Of a stretch of DNA of 64,000 bases, positions 1-9,824 are shown in pieces. The position numbers were made by a program, and so were the translations under genes. How positions within the stretch are numbered: position 1 is the stretch's first letter; each line of letters opens with the position of its first letter. Origin of the DNA: Candidatus Micrarchaeota archaeon (lineage in GTDB: Archaea > Micrarchaeota > Micrarchaeia > Anstonellales > JAHKLY01). The notes under the pieces are model-generated. The model was not told where the DNA came from and did no database searches. It saw only the letters and a program-made list of their open reading frames with translations. The DNA lies in contig JAHKLY010000003.1 of the NCBI GenBank assembly GCA_020854825.1, positions 38 through 64,037 of the forward strand, written 5' to 3'.

Positions 1-3000
1 CGTCGCATTCTGCTCCGCATGTAGTTACATCACAGGTATGTGTTAAGTCTATTATTCCTGATGTGCATGAATCGGTTTCTTCATTACATGTTGATGTAAA
101 TCCAGCAAAGAAATCCCATGTAAATGGATTTGCATCTGGATTATTATTACATGTTTCAATTCCTGCCAAATTATTAGCTTCACAATTTATTGGTGCTCCT
201 GATCCACACGTATAAATCCCTATGCAAACTTCTTCACCATTGCAGAACATTCCATCATCACATACTCCATTATTTGTTGAATCATAAACTGGGTTTCCTG
301 CAGAATTACATTTTGCACAAATTCCTGCACTATTTCCATCTGTGGAACAATCACTCCAGATTCCAGCAGTACATAATTTCGTTCCAGTGCAAACACCAGA
401 ACCGCAATCATCTATTATATTATCTGTTGTTCCATCACAATTGTTATCTTTATTATCGCAAATCTCTTCTGCACCAGGATAAATTAATGGATCTCCATCA
501 TTGCAATCTCCTGCTATTCCAACATAACCTGAAGAAGGACATGCAGAAGTTATTGTTACTAAAGGATCTCCATACCCATCCCCATCTGCGTCTCTATAAT
601 AAGTGCTAGTTCCAACACACACTCCACTTGGTGTTGATGAGCCACAGGCATTATTTGAATAAGTTCCTCTTGAACTTGAATCTCTTATATCACGTCCACC
701 TGCACTTCCGCATATGGCATTGTCTTGAATAGAAACTGTTCCAGCTGCATAACTGCTTATAAACAAGCCATCATAAGGCGAATTCATAATTGTATTATTA
801 ATTATATTAACATTTTCAAGCTCAACTTCCATTCCTGTATTGTACAAAATATTGTGTTTAATCTCATCAGTTTTTGATGAATCTCCCCTTCTGAAAAACA
901 ATTTATTTGCATTTTCAAAATAATTGTTTTCCACTCTTATCGGTGTTGTTAAAGAAGATGAAACTGCATTTGTATGAATTGCATATGTTCCAATATTCTT
1001 AAATTCTGAGTTTTGAACATCTAATTGGTTTCCTTCTACATCATAAAGAAATATCCCATGCTCATCACAGTTTATAAATTTAGAATTAATTATTTTCAAG
1101 TTTCTTGCATAAGCACCAACCTTAACATTCTCAAAATGAATATTGTCCCAAGTTGTTATTGTTGAGCCTGAAGTTCCCATCAGCGCTATGCCTGTAGAAA
1201 CATTTGAAATTTTCATATTTTTAATAGTCCCCTTTGAAAACCAAGCCTCATAATCCTCTCTTATCAATGGATAATTTCCAAAAGGTGGGTATATGCCAGG
1301 ATCAAAAATATAATCTCCATAATCCCTTGTTTTGCCTACAAATTCAGAATTTTTAAAATCAACTACTACATTATATGTTCCGAGCAAGATTTGCTGTGTT
1401 GGATAATCCAACGGGTAATAACCATCTTCGCATAAATTAATTGTCCCGCCATAAGCATCAATTATAAAATAATGTTTGCCCTCTTCTGATGTTTCTCTAA
1501 TTCTTTCCGGATAATACGCATCTCCCCCGGGGTATGTCGCAGGCCAGAACAAGTTAGTGCACCCAACTGAGCATGTGTAATCACAAGCTGTTCCTGTAGC
1601 CGAACCGCACGCAGTTATATAATACTCATTTGTTCCTTGGTCATTAATATCCTTGACAGATGAACTGCACGAATATAAGTTTCCAATTTCATTACTATCA
1701 CTTGCGCTGTCCGCATAAAATCCTGTGTTGCTTGATGTCTTAATCACATTCCCCTGGAATTCATTGTTTAATGAATTTGTTAAATAAATTCCATATGTAT
1801 TTGACTGGAAAGTGTTTTGATAAATATAATTCATATTTGAATTGACTAATTCAACGCCTTTCCAGTTTGAAGTTAAAATACCATATTTTTCAACTACGTT
1901 TTCGCTCCCGCTTATCTTGAATCCAGTATTTGAATTGCTGACACTTATGTCTGCTAACATTATGCCGTCTGAATTTAATACTTCAACACCAATATTAAAA
2001 TTATTTAATTTGCAATCATAAATTCTAACATCAGATTGTGCATCAATTTTTATGCCAGTTCCTGTTCCAGTCCCTGTTATTGTTGCGCCGCTGCACATTA
2101 AAGCTACATTATCACTGTTAATGTTAATGCAGTTTCCGCTTGCTGCCAAATTCCCGCTCAAATAATATGTCCCAGGCGAATTAATTGTTGTGCATAATGA
2201 AATTACATCCGAAGTGTCAGCACATATATACCCATCAATTAAACCTTGTTTATTTGCATCTGAGTCATCGCAATCTGGGATATCATTCCCAGCACAACTT
2301 GATGGACAGCCAGTTGAAGGTTTACTTCCTAAGCCCCACCAGCAATAACCATCGCTGTCTGCATCAGTGCAAAGCTGTGTTGTCGGCGCTCCTGTAGCCG
2401 CAGTTTCTGGGTGGCCCCATTTATTGAAAACTGCAATATCTATAGGGCCGTACAAATAACCATAACCTCCAATCCCCCAGGATGAGCCCCAGGAGTTTTT
2501 ATATTCCATAATAAGTGCAGAATCATCTCTCCACATTTCAATGCCTACAAGATTAACTGCATGGTTCCATTCATTTAATCCCAAAACCATTCCTCCATTG
2601 CTTCTCAAATCTTTCATTAAGTCAACAGGGTTTCTGTAATTTATTGAATTTTCATATGATGTTGATTTCCATGCCCTTGTATTCCAATCTGCACAAGGAC
2701 TGCAAGGAGTTGTTGATGAACCAGTTGCTGGAAAGCACGCCTCGTCAAACTGGCCGTGAGTATAAGCAACCTGTTCTGCAGGATTAACTTGTCCCCCGCA
2801 AACTGGGTTAGAAGTCCCATTTCTTGAAATAAACTGCTGTTCGCTTAAATCTTTATTTAAATGCCTTGCAAAATAAGTGTTAACCATTAGTTCGTGTGCT
2901 GCTGTTGCCGCATATGCCCAGCATGTTGCACCGACCTGGCTTTTAACAGATGTTGTCCAATCCTGGCTGTGCGCATCTCTCCAGCTGAAGCTTATCTTAT

Positions 3001-3907
3001 CATAATCAGAAGGCAACGCCATTGGGGTTTCCATAGGGGCAAATGAAAAAATTCCTTCTGAATAAAAGAAAATACCGTATGTATTTGGCATTGCCCTATA
3101 AGTTTTTATTGAATCATACTTATCTGAAGTTGTATTACCTAAAAGAGTTTTTTTTATTTCATACGGATAATGTGAAACGCCTGTATTTCCTGCAGTCCAA
3201 TTAAACCCTAACTCTCTATTTCTATCATTTAACATATTAATTTTAACATCATTTTGTAATTCTAAAATAATATCATAAATTAATCCTGTTCTTGAAACTG
3301 AATAATATATTTTATCAAGATAAACTTGGGCACTTTCACCCTCAATTATTATTTTAAGTGGGGTTATTTTACTTGGTAGAGAAAGTGTTTCTTCACCAAT
3401 CATACAAAATTCATATATATTCTCATATCTTTTATAAGCATTATTATAGAATAAAGAAGTATCAACTATTACATATTCATGTATTTCTTTCTGTGTGTCT
3501 TCACCAATTAAAATTATTCTTGAAAATCCAGTTCCATAGTCACTTCCATTTTGTTTAAAATTAGAAAAAGTTTTTATTTTTCCACACACGATCATTGATT
3601 CAACTGAGGGTAATTTAGAAACATCTATAATATCATATTTTAATGCCCCTAATTCTATTTTTTTCTTCATGGTATATTCATTAAACTCCCCATAATTATT
3701 TAATTTAAAACTATTTAAATACTGAGAATCTATTGAAACTTCATTTATATTTAAATAAGCTTTAATATCTAAATTTTTTTGTCCCACTATGGGCAGAGTT
3801 ACTTCTTTGGATTCAATCTCTTTTATTTTTGGATTTGCAAAAACTAAATTTGCTAAAAATAAATTTAACAAAACTAATATTAATACTGCGGTAAATACTA
3901 CTTTCAT
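1..3907 (-). CDS. Partial (C-terminus beyond window start) giant secreted protein: signal peptide, papain-like C1 cysteine peptidase domain, right-handed parallel beta-helix repeats, MopE-like Cys-rich metal-binding-type motifs
   Basis: ATG at 3907 (minus) begins MKVVFTAVLILVLLNLFLANLVFA (signal peptide). Frame checked open at 2990s, 2440-2600 and 1-58. Translation contains SWRDAHSQDWTTSVKSQVGATCWAYAATAAHE (papain Q/CW active-site Cys motif), NHAVNLVGI (catalytic His) and YKNSWGSSWGIGGY (Asn/Trp motif). Downstream NTGF/NTYGIY beta-helix repeats. DADGDGYGD...CNDGDPLIYPGAEEICDNKDNNCDG motif. Not in ORF track because the stop lies outside the window. Confidence 0.7.
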   Translation of the reverse strand, partial: MKVVFTAVLILVLLNLFLANLVFANPKIKEIESKEVTLPIVGQKNLDIKAYLNINEVSIDSQYLNSFKLNNYGEFNEYTMKKKIELGALKYDIIDVSKLPSVESMIVCGKIKTFSNFKQNGSDYGTGFSRIILIGEDTQKEIHEYVIVDTSLFYNNAYKRYENIYEFCMIGEETLSLPSKITPLKIIIEGESAQVYLDKIYYSVSRTGLIYDIILELQNDVKINMLNDRNRELGFNWTAGNTGVSHYPYEIKKTLLGNTTSDKYDSIKTYRAMPNTYGIFFYSEGIFSFAPMETPMALPSDYDKISFSWRDAHSQDWTTSVKSQVGATCWAYAATAAHELMVNTYFARHLNKDLSEQQFISRNGTSNPVCGGQVNPAEQVAYTHGQFDEACFPATGSSTTPCSPCADWNTRAWKSTSYENSINYRNPVDLMKDLRSNGGMVLGLNEWNHAVNLVGIEMWRDDSALIMEYKNSWGSSWGIGGYGYLYGPIDIAVFNKWGHPETAATGAPTTQLCTDADSDGYCWWGLGSKPSTGCPSSCAGNDIPDCDDSDANKQGLIDGYICADTSDVISLCTTINSPGTYYLSGNLAASGNCININSDNVALMCSGATITGTGTGTGIKIDAQSDVRIYDCKLNNFNIGVEVLNSDGIMLADISVSNSNTGFKISGSENVVEKYGILTSNWKGVELVNSNMNYIYQNTFQSNTYGIYLTNSLNNEFQGNVIKTSSNTGFYADSASDSNEIGNLYSCSSSVKDINDQGTNEYYITACGSATGTACDYTCSVGCTNLFWPATYPGGDAYYPERIRETSEEGKHYFIIDAYGGTINLCEDGYYPLDYPTQQILLGTYNVVVDFKNSEFVGKTRDYGDYIFDPGIYPPFGNYPLIREDYEAWFSKGTIKNMKISNVSTGIALMGTSGSTITTWDNIHFENVKVGAYARNLKIINSKFINCDEHGIFLYDVEGNQLDVQNSEFKNIGTYAIHTNAVSSSLTTPIRVENNYFENANKLFFRRGDSSKTDEIKHNILYNTGMEVELENVNIINNTIMNSPYDGLFISSYAAGTVSIQDNAICGSAGGRDIRDSSSRGTYSNNACGSSTPSGVCVGTSTYYRDADGDGYGDPLVTITSACPSSGYVGIAGDCNDGDPLIYPGAEEICDNKDNNCDGTTDNIIDDCGSGVCTGTKLCTAGIWSDCSTDGNSAGICAKCNSAGNPVYDSTNNGVCDDGMFCNGEEVCIGIYTCGSGAPINCEANNLAGIETCNNNPDANPFTWDFFAGFTSTCNEETDSCTSGIIDLTHTCDVTTCGAECD

Positions 3908-4023
3908 ACATTTCCCCCCACAATTTATTAATTAATTAAGATACCAAATATTTATAAAATAGAATGTTAATTTAAAATAAAAAAAAGAAGAATATAATCT
4001 TATCATAAGGACAAATTTAGAGG

Positions 4024-4371
4024 TTATTCATCGTCTTCATCATCATCTCTACGTCTTGATGGTCCTCTTGATGGTCCTCTTGATGGTGTTTCGTCTCTAT
4101 GTTTTTGGAAACATTCTCTACAATATACAGGTCTTCCTTCTGTTGGTTTAAATGGAACTTCGCATTCTTTCCCACAATCTGCACATTTTGTTTTATGCAT
4201 TTCTCTTGGTCTGCTGCTAAATCCGCCTCTTTGACCTCCATATCCTCCGCTTCTACCACGACCACCAAAGCCTCCGCTTCTATTATTTCCTTGGCCACCA
4301 CTAAAACTTCTTCTACCGCCACTTGAACGGTCTCTACTTCCACTTCTATCTCCATATGCCATTTTTTTCAC
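4024..4371 (-). CDS. Small Gly/Arg-rich (RGG-box-like) protein with C-terminal C4 zinc ribbon (CADCGKEC...CRECF) and acidic tail; putative nucleic-acid-binding
   Basis: 115-aa ORF. N-terminal RSGSRDRSSGGRRSFSGGQGNNRSGGFGGRGRSGGYGGQRGGF low-complexity region. CxxC-x17-CxxC spacing. Sits immediately downstream of S7 in the same orientation. Confidence 0.55.
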   Translation of the reverse strand: MKKMAYGDRSGSRDRSSGGRRSFSGGQGNNRSGGFGGRGRSGGYGGQRGGFSSRPREMHKTKCADCGKECEVPFKPTEGRPVYCRECFQKHRDETPSRGPSRGPSRRRDDDEDDE

Positions 4372-4408
4372 TTCCTTTTTTTATTTTTTTAAAAAACTCT
4401 GTTCTTTA

Positions 4409-5020
4409 TTATCTTGCGGCTTTTGCCATTCTTTCAACCTCATTTCTTTTCTTAATTGCATAAGAAGTCTGAGGATCTCCTTTTGCTGTTTGTTCTAATT
4501 CATCTGCTAATGCTTGTGCTAAAGTTTTTTTCTTATCAAAAGCACCCATTATTGCAGCTAATGCAATATTTCTTAATGCCATATCTACTCTCCTTAAAGG
4601 AGATACATCTACTGCTACTTGATAAGTAACACCACCTAAAGCAACACGAGTAAAATCTTCCCGCGGTGCAGAATTTTCAACTGCTTTAACAAGTAATTGA
4701 ATTGGATTTTCTTTTGTTTTTTTGAAAACAATTTCAAAAGCTTTTTCAACTGATGTTGATGCTTTTGATTTCCTACCTTGAATACCACCATGAGTTCTAA
4801 TTACTTTACCCCCTAATTTTTCTCCAGTGCCTGCTCTCATTAATTTATTAATCAATCTTTCAACTAAATTAACATCTGCTTTACCAAATTGTTTTTTTCC
4901 ATGTCTACCATATGAATGGGGTATAACTACAGGATTCAAATTAATATACGGCTTTAAAGAAATATCAGATACTTCTATATTGTCATAATCATATTTTTCA
5001 AATAATTTAATTACTCCCAT
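4409..5020 (-). CDS. rps7: 30S ribosomal protein S7 (uS7)
   Basis: 203 aa; recognisable uS7 sequence with the characteristic basic C-terminus (AIKKRNEVERMAKAAR). Conserved position after S12. Confidence 0.93.
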   Translation of the reverse strand: MGVIKLFEKYDYDNIEVSDISLKPYINLNPVVIPHSYGRHGKKQFGKADVNLVERLINKLMRAGTGEKLGGKVIRTHGGIQGRKSKASTSVEKAFEIVFKKTKENPIQLLVKAVENSAPREDFTRVALGGVTYQVAVDVSPLRRVDMALRNIALAAIMGAFDKKKTLAQALADELEQTAKGDPQTSYAIKKRNEVERMAKAAR

Positions 5021-5030
5021 AAAATCTCAC

Positions 5031-5459
5031 CTACCTTTTAGGTTTTTCTTTTTTGCCTCTTACAAGCATTTGTAAATCAGTTCCATTTACTTTTGTAACT
5101 CTATGTTTTACTCCTGGAATAGATCCCATCTGTCCTGCTTGTGAACCACCTAAACCTTCTAACAAAACTTCATCATGCTCATCAATAAAATTTATTGCTT
5201 TATTCCTAGGAGCATGTGCTGTTACTGTTTTACCATTTTTAATTAATTGAACTTTAACACATTTAATTAAACCTGAGTGAGGCTGTTTTTGTTCTAATGC
5301 TTTTTTCTCTAGAACGATTCCTCTAGCTTGTGGCGAACCTTGTAATGCATCATATTTTTGTCTTAATTTTTTCTTTTTTCTTTTCCATTTAGTACTAAGC
5401 CACTTTTGATTTTTTCTTCTTCTTTTCAAATCTCTACCTGCAAATTCTCCTCTTCCCAT
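5031..5459 (-). CDS. rps12: 30S ribosomal protein S12 (uS12)
   Basis: 142 aa. GEFAGRDLKRRRK... N-terminus. PNSA-like region (QPHSGLIKCVKVQLIKNGK). DEHDEVLLEGLGG and GVKHRVTKVNG match archaeal S12. Confidence 0.95.
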   Translation of the reverse strand: MGRGEFAGRDLKRRRKNQKWLSTKWKRKKKKLRQKYDALQGSPQARGIVLEKKALEQKQPHSGLIKCVKVQLIKNGKTVTAHAPRNKAINFIDEHDEVLLEGLGGSQAGQMGSIPGVKHRVTKVNGTDLQMLVRGKKEKPKR

Positions 5460-5488
5460 TTATTCACCCTTAAATTTTTAAACATACA

Positions 5489-5908
5489 TTAACGTGTTTC
5501 TAATTTTAAATCACAATTAAACTTACGTTTTAAAATTGCTTTATTTGTTTTAATTTTTTCACCATCACGGCCAATTGCTGAACCTCTATTTTTTGATTCA
5601 ACAGTTACTGTTACTACTTTTTCTTGAACATCAATATTTAATAAGTTTATATTTGGAAACAAGTTCTTTATAAACCCTTCGATTGAACTTGAGTCTTCGA
5701 ATACAAGAACTCTTTTATTTTTGAAAGCCGTTCTTACTCTGTTTATATTAGACCCTTTTCTTCCAATTGCCTTACCTAACTCTCCTTTTCTAACAATAAA
5801 AACTACAATTTTATCATCTAAAATCAAACAATCTTTTGTTGCTGCATTAGTTAAGCTCTCAAATAAAGAAATGCATCGCATAGTATTTGTGTCTAATTCT
5901 ATAGGCAT
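5489..5908 (-). CDS. nusA: Archaeal NusA-like transcription termination/antitermination protein (KH domains)
   Basis: 139 aa with two KH-like GxxG motifs (GKAIGRKGSNI, GSAIGRDGEKI). Conserved position between L30e and S12. Confidence 0.85.
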   Translation of the reverse strand: MPIELDTNTMRCISLFESLTNAATKDCLILDDKIVVFIVRKGELGKAIGRKGSNINRVRTAFKNKRVLVFEDSSSIEGFIKNLFPNINLLNIDVQEKVVTVTVESKNRGSAIGRDGEKIKTNKAILKRKFNCDLKLETR

Positions 5909-5911
5909 AAA

Positions 5912-6229
5912 TTATCCCTGTTCTATTAATTTGAATATATTTGAATCTCCTTGTTCAAATACTAACATTGCAGAAACAGAAAATGGTTTTCCACATGCTT
6001 CGCCAAGTTCCATATTTGATCCTTTAAACTGATATAAAGGAATATTTGAAAGTTTAGAGTAATATTCTATACTTTGTCTTCTATCTTCAGGACAATTATT
6101 GGAAATAAGAACTATTTTTCCTTTTCCATTTTTTATTTGTTTTTCAGTTTTAACTGCACCAAGTTCAACTTTTCCAGTATCTACTGCCATTCTTATTGCT
6201 TTTATAACATCTATTGCCATATGACTCAC
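5912..6229 (-). CDS. rpl30e: 50S ribosomal protein L30e (eL30)
   Basis: 105 aa; L30e/L7Ae-fold-like sequence (KIVLISNNCPED...). Conserved position after rpoA''. Confidence 0.9.
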   Translation of the reverse strand: MSHMAIDVIKAIRMAVDTGKVELGAVKTEKQIKNGKGKIVLISNNCPEDRRQSIEYYSKLSNIPLYQFKGSNMELGEACGKPFSVSAMLVFEQGDSNIFKLIEQG

Positions 6230-6234
6230 TCTCT

Positions 6235-7233
6235 TTATATTTTCAACTTTAATTTTATTTTACCAGTTCCAATTGGAACTGTTTGACCAATAATTATATT
6301 TTCAGTAACTCCTACTAAATTATCATCTTCACCAACTACTGAAGCATTAACTAAATGTTTAATTGTTTCTTCATATGCTGCTCTTGCTAATACTCCTGTT
6401 TTTTGTCCACTTAATCCATGTCTGCCTACAGATTTTATTTGTCCATACATAGTCATTGCATCTGCAATCAACATAAGATGTCTAATGTCAATTGCCATAC
6501 CTTGCATATCCATAACCATTTTTAATTCTCTTAATATTGAATTTCTTGCTGCTTCTATACCAAGTACTTTTTCTATTTCTTTAATATCATTTGTAAATAC
6601 TCTTTCAGGATCTATATCTTTATTTTTTCTTACCTCAACTAAATTAGTTCCTTCGGTTCTTATAAATATTTCTCCCTGTGTGTCAACAATCATTGCTTTT
6701 TTAATTCCAGGTATCCCTTTAATATGTAAACCCATAAGAATATTCTTGTATCTTCTAATTTTTTTGTAAGCATCATTTTTATTAAAACTAACCTTTAAAA
6801 CTTCCTTTTTCGTCTCTACTTTAACATCAGGAATCTTATTTTGAATTTCTTTTTTAATATCTTTAATTTCTATATTTCTATTTTTTAATTCTTTTGAATC
6901 TAATTTTATTAGTATTGCTTTATCTGTTAAATCTTCTTTAAATTTACCTATCATTTTCAAAATTGTATTTTCTATATCAGTTAATACACTTTCAACTTTT
7001 TTTCTTGAATTATTTTTTGTAGGTAAATAAATATCCATAAATGGTTTTTTAGGAGTTCTTCTTGCATCTATAATTTCAATAACTCTTGGAAGACCAGTTG
7101 GAACTTGCTCTGCTACTCCTGCATAATGGAATGTTCTCATGTTCATTTGGGTTCCTGGTTCTCCCAAACTTTGTGCTGCAACTGTTCCTACTGCTTCTCC
7201 AGGCGCTATACTTCCTCTTTTCTTTTTGTTCAT
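6235..7233 (-). CDS. rpoA2: DNA-directed RNA polymerase subunit A''
   Basis: 332 aa. [28 protein letters not shown] is the hallmark A'' motif. Confidence 0.92.
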   Translation of the reverse strand: MNKKKRGSIAPGEAVGTVAAQSLGEPGTQMNMRTFHYAGVAEQVPTGLPRVIEIIDARRTPKKPFMDIYLPTKNNSRKKVESVLTDIENTILKMIGKFKEDLTDKAILIKLDSKELKNRNIEIKDIKKEIQNKIPDVKVETKKEVLKVSFNKNDAYKKIRRYKNILMGLHIKGIPGIKKAMIVDTQGEIFIRTEGTNLVEVRKNKDIDPERVFTNDIKEIEKVLGIEAARNSILRELKMVMDMQGMAIDIRHLMLIADAMTMYGQIKSVGRHGLSGQKTGVLARAAYEETIKHLVNASVVGEDDNLVGVTENIIIGQTVPIGTGKIKLKLKI

Positions 7234-7247
7234 AAAAATCCCTCTTA

Positions 7248-9824
7248 TTAAGCGGTTTCATAATCATCTTTTGCAGGACCTAAATCAATATATGAACCTT
7301 CTCCTGCTCTACTAGGATCTAATCCATCTCCACCATAAACAAATTGAACTACTATTCCTTCACCATCTTTTACAGTTGAGTTTCTATCTACAACTATATC
7401 CTGTAATGCATTCATTAATCTTCTTTGCATATATCCACTTCTCCCTGTTCTAATAGCTGTATTAACTAATGACTCTCTTCCTCCCATATCCATGAAGAAA
7501 AATTCTGTTGGTTCTAATCCTTTAGTAAATGAACTAAATACATATCCATGGGCTGCTGCTCCTAAATCTCCTTTTTTGAAATGTGTTAATACTCTTTCTC
7601 TATATCCTCTATTTACTCTTTGAGATCTAACTGATTGCTGTCCAACAACTGCTGACATTTGTAAAGTATCTAATATACTACCTCTTGATCCAGACTTAGC
7701 CATAACAACTGCTGAATTTTTCATACCTAATGATTTTTCAACTAAAGATTCAACTTTCTTTTTTGCATTAGAAGTTATACTCATTATTGCATCTTCCAAT
7801 GCATCTTTAGATGACATTCCGGGTATTCTAGGTAATGTTTTATTTTTATATTTCAATAATACTGCATCAATTTCTCTTCTCATTGTATCTAAAATTATAT
7901 CCAATTTATCTTGATTCTCTTTTGGTAATGTATAATTGTTTAATGAAACACTTAATCCATGCCAAGTTAAACCATTAAGAACTAATCTTGAACTTCTATC
8001 TAAAAATTCTCTAGTAATTTTTGGCCCATGAGTATGGAAAATATCTTTAATAATCATATTTTGATATGTTTTTGATTCTAAAGCACCAGTTACTAAAATT
8101 CCATCTTTAATTAAAACATCTCCCTCTGGTTCTGGTAAAAATTTTGTTTTTTGTTTTAAGTTTAAATCTTTAGGAAATAATGTTGAAATTAATAATTTTC
8201 CAGAATACTTATCTTTTTTATCTGGTTCTGGTAATTTTGTTATTCCTGCCGCAATTAATAAATCACATGCCTCTTCTTTTGTATAAATTGCATTATCTTC
8301 AGTTGTATAAAAAGCTCCTGCAATATTATCTTGATCTGGATGTATCAAAGATTGCCCATGTCTTGGTGAAAGAATTTGACCTTCAACAAGCATTAATTCC
8401 TTTACTTCAACTCTTGCTTCTATTGTCTGAATTGCATGTAAATTCATTTCATCTCCATCAAAATCTGCATTATATGGTGCGCAAACTAATGGATTTAATC
8501 TAAATGTGTGGCCTGGTAATACTTTAACTTCATGCCCCATAATAGAAATTCTATGTAATGATGGCTGTCTATTAAATAATACTATATCCCCATCTACTAA
8601 TTGCCTTTCAACTACCCAACCTGGAACTATCTCATTTAAAAGTTCTTCAACAATTGCTTCTTTAACTTTAAGTTTTTTTCCATCTGGTCTTATTATATAC
8701 TTTGCTTTTGGGTATTTATTAGAACTGATATAAGATTTACACAAATCAAGATTCCAATTTGTTACTGTAACTGGAATTGTTAATTCTTCTGCAATAACTT
8801 CTGGAACCCCTACTTCATTTATAGAAATATTTGGATCTGGAGAAACAACTGTTCTTGCTGAGAAATTAACTCTTTTACCTGATAGGTTATATCTAAATCT
8901 TCCTTCTTTGCCTTTTAATCTTTGTGATAAAGTTTTCAATGGTCTTCCACTCCTATGACGTGCAGGAGGTATATTTGCCATCTCATTATTAAAGAAAGTT
9001 GAAACATGATATTGTAATAATTCCCAAAGATCTTCAATAATTAATTGAGGTGCACCTGCATCAATATTAGCTTCTAACCTATGATTAATCCTCATTATAT
9101 CAACTAATTTATGTGTTAAATCATCTTCTGATCTTTCACCAGTTTCTAAGGTTATTGAAGGTCTTGCTGAAACAGGAGGAACTGGTAAGGCAGTTAAAAT
9201 CATCCATTCTGGTCTTGCATGAATTGGATCAAACCCTAAAATTCTTAAATCATCATTAGGTATCTCTTCTAACCAAGTTCTTATTTCTGAAGATAGTAAT
9301 ACTTGAGTATCTTTATAAAACGTAGTTGGTTTTAACAATGTGACTTTTGGTAACTGTGCTTTACAATGAGGGCATTCATTTAATTTTTTCATTTTTGTTG
9401 TGATATTTTTACTTTTTTTAGTTACTTCTTCTTGTGTTACTTCTAATTCTTCATCAATTTCATCTATTAATTCCTCTATTTTAGTATCTTTCACTAATAC
9501 TCTATGACAAGATGGACAGGTTGATCTTAATAATAGTAAAATTATTTTTGCAAATATTGGATGAATAACAGGTCTTACTAATTCAATATGTCCAAAATGA
9601 CCATTACATGATCCCATCCTTCCTCCGCAATTTCTACATTTTAAACCAGGATCAATAACTCCCATATGTGGATCTACTAATCCTCCATCAATAGGATATC
9701 CATCATCATTATGAGTATCTGGAACAGTAATTTTAATTGCAGACATCCTCCTAATCATTTCTGGAGAAAATAATGAAAACTTTATTGAATCAATTTCTTT
9801 TTGTGTTATTTCCAACATAATCAC
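7248..9824 (-). CDS. rpoA1: DNA-directed RNA polymerase subunit A'
   Basis: 858 aa. Zinc-binding [32 protein letters not shown] catalytic Mg motif. Confidence 0.95.
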   Translation of the reverse strand: MIMLEITQKEIDSIKFSLFSPEMIRRMSAIKITVPDTHNDDGYPIDGGLVDPHMGVIDPGLKCRNCGGRMGSCNGHFGHIELVRPVIHPIFAKIILLLLRSTCPSCHRVLVKDTKIEELIDEIDEELEVTQEEVTKKSKNITTKMKKLNECPHCKAQLPKVTLLKPTTFYKDTQVLLSSEIRTWLEEIPNDDLRILGFDPIHARPEWMILTALPVPPVSARPSITLETGERSEDDLTHKLVDIMRINHRLEANIDAGAPQLIIEDLWELLQYHVSTFFNNEMANIPPARHRSGRPLKTLSQRLKGKEGRFRYNLSGKRVNFSARTVVSPDPNISINEVGVPEVIAEELTIPVTVTNWNLDLCKSYISSNKYPKAKYIIRPDGKKLKVKEAIVEELLNEIVPGWVVERQLVDGDIVLFNRQPSLHRISIMGHEVKVLPGHTFRLNPLVCAPYNADFDGDEMNLHAIQTIEARVEVKELMLVEGQILSPRHGQSLIHPDQDNIAGAFYTTEDNAIYTKEEACDLLIAAGITKLPEPDKKDKYSGKLLISTLFPKDLNLKQKTKFLPEPEGDVLIKDGILVTGALESKTYQNMIIKDIFHTHGPKITREFLDRSSRLVLNGLTWHGLSVSLNNYTLPKENQDKLDIILDTMRREIDAVLLKYKNKTLPRIPGMSSKDALEDAIMSITSNAKKKVESLVEKSLGMKNSAVVMAKSGSRGSILDTLQMSAVVGQQSVRSQRVNRGYRERVLTHFKKGDLGAAAHGYVFSSFTKGLEPTEFFFMDMGGRESLVNTAIRTGRSGYMQRRLMNALQDIVVDRNSTVKDGEGIVVQFVYGGDGLDPSRAGEGSYIDLGPAKDDYETA

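Noticed and set aside
190-609. Small plus-strand ORFs inside 1-3907 (190..609, 2185..2397, 3358..3558) and minus 220..411
   Set aside because: They lie antisense or out-of-frame within the large minus-strand papain/beta-helix ORF, whose frame stays open from 3907 to position 1.
4017-4355. Acidic 112-aa ORF overlapping the RGG/zinc-ribbon gene in another frame
   Set aside because: Same strand, shifted frame of RG-codon repeats. Lacks the Cys4 ribbon. The RGG frame is the more protein-like one.
6600-7000. Lys-rich central segment of rpoA''
   Set aside because: The central region of A'' is variable across archaea and the conserved N- and C-terminal blocks are intact. Not treated as an insertion of interest.
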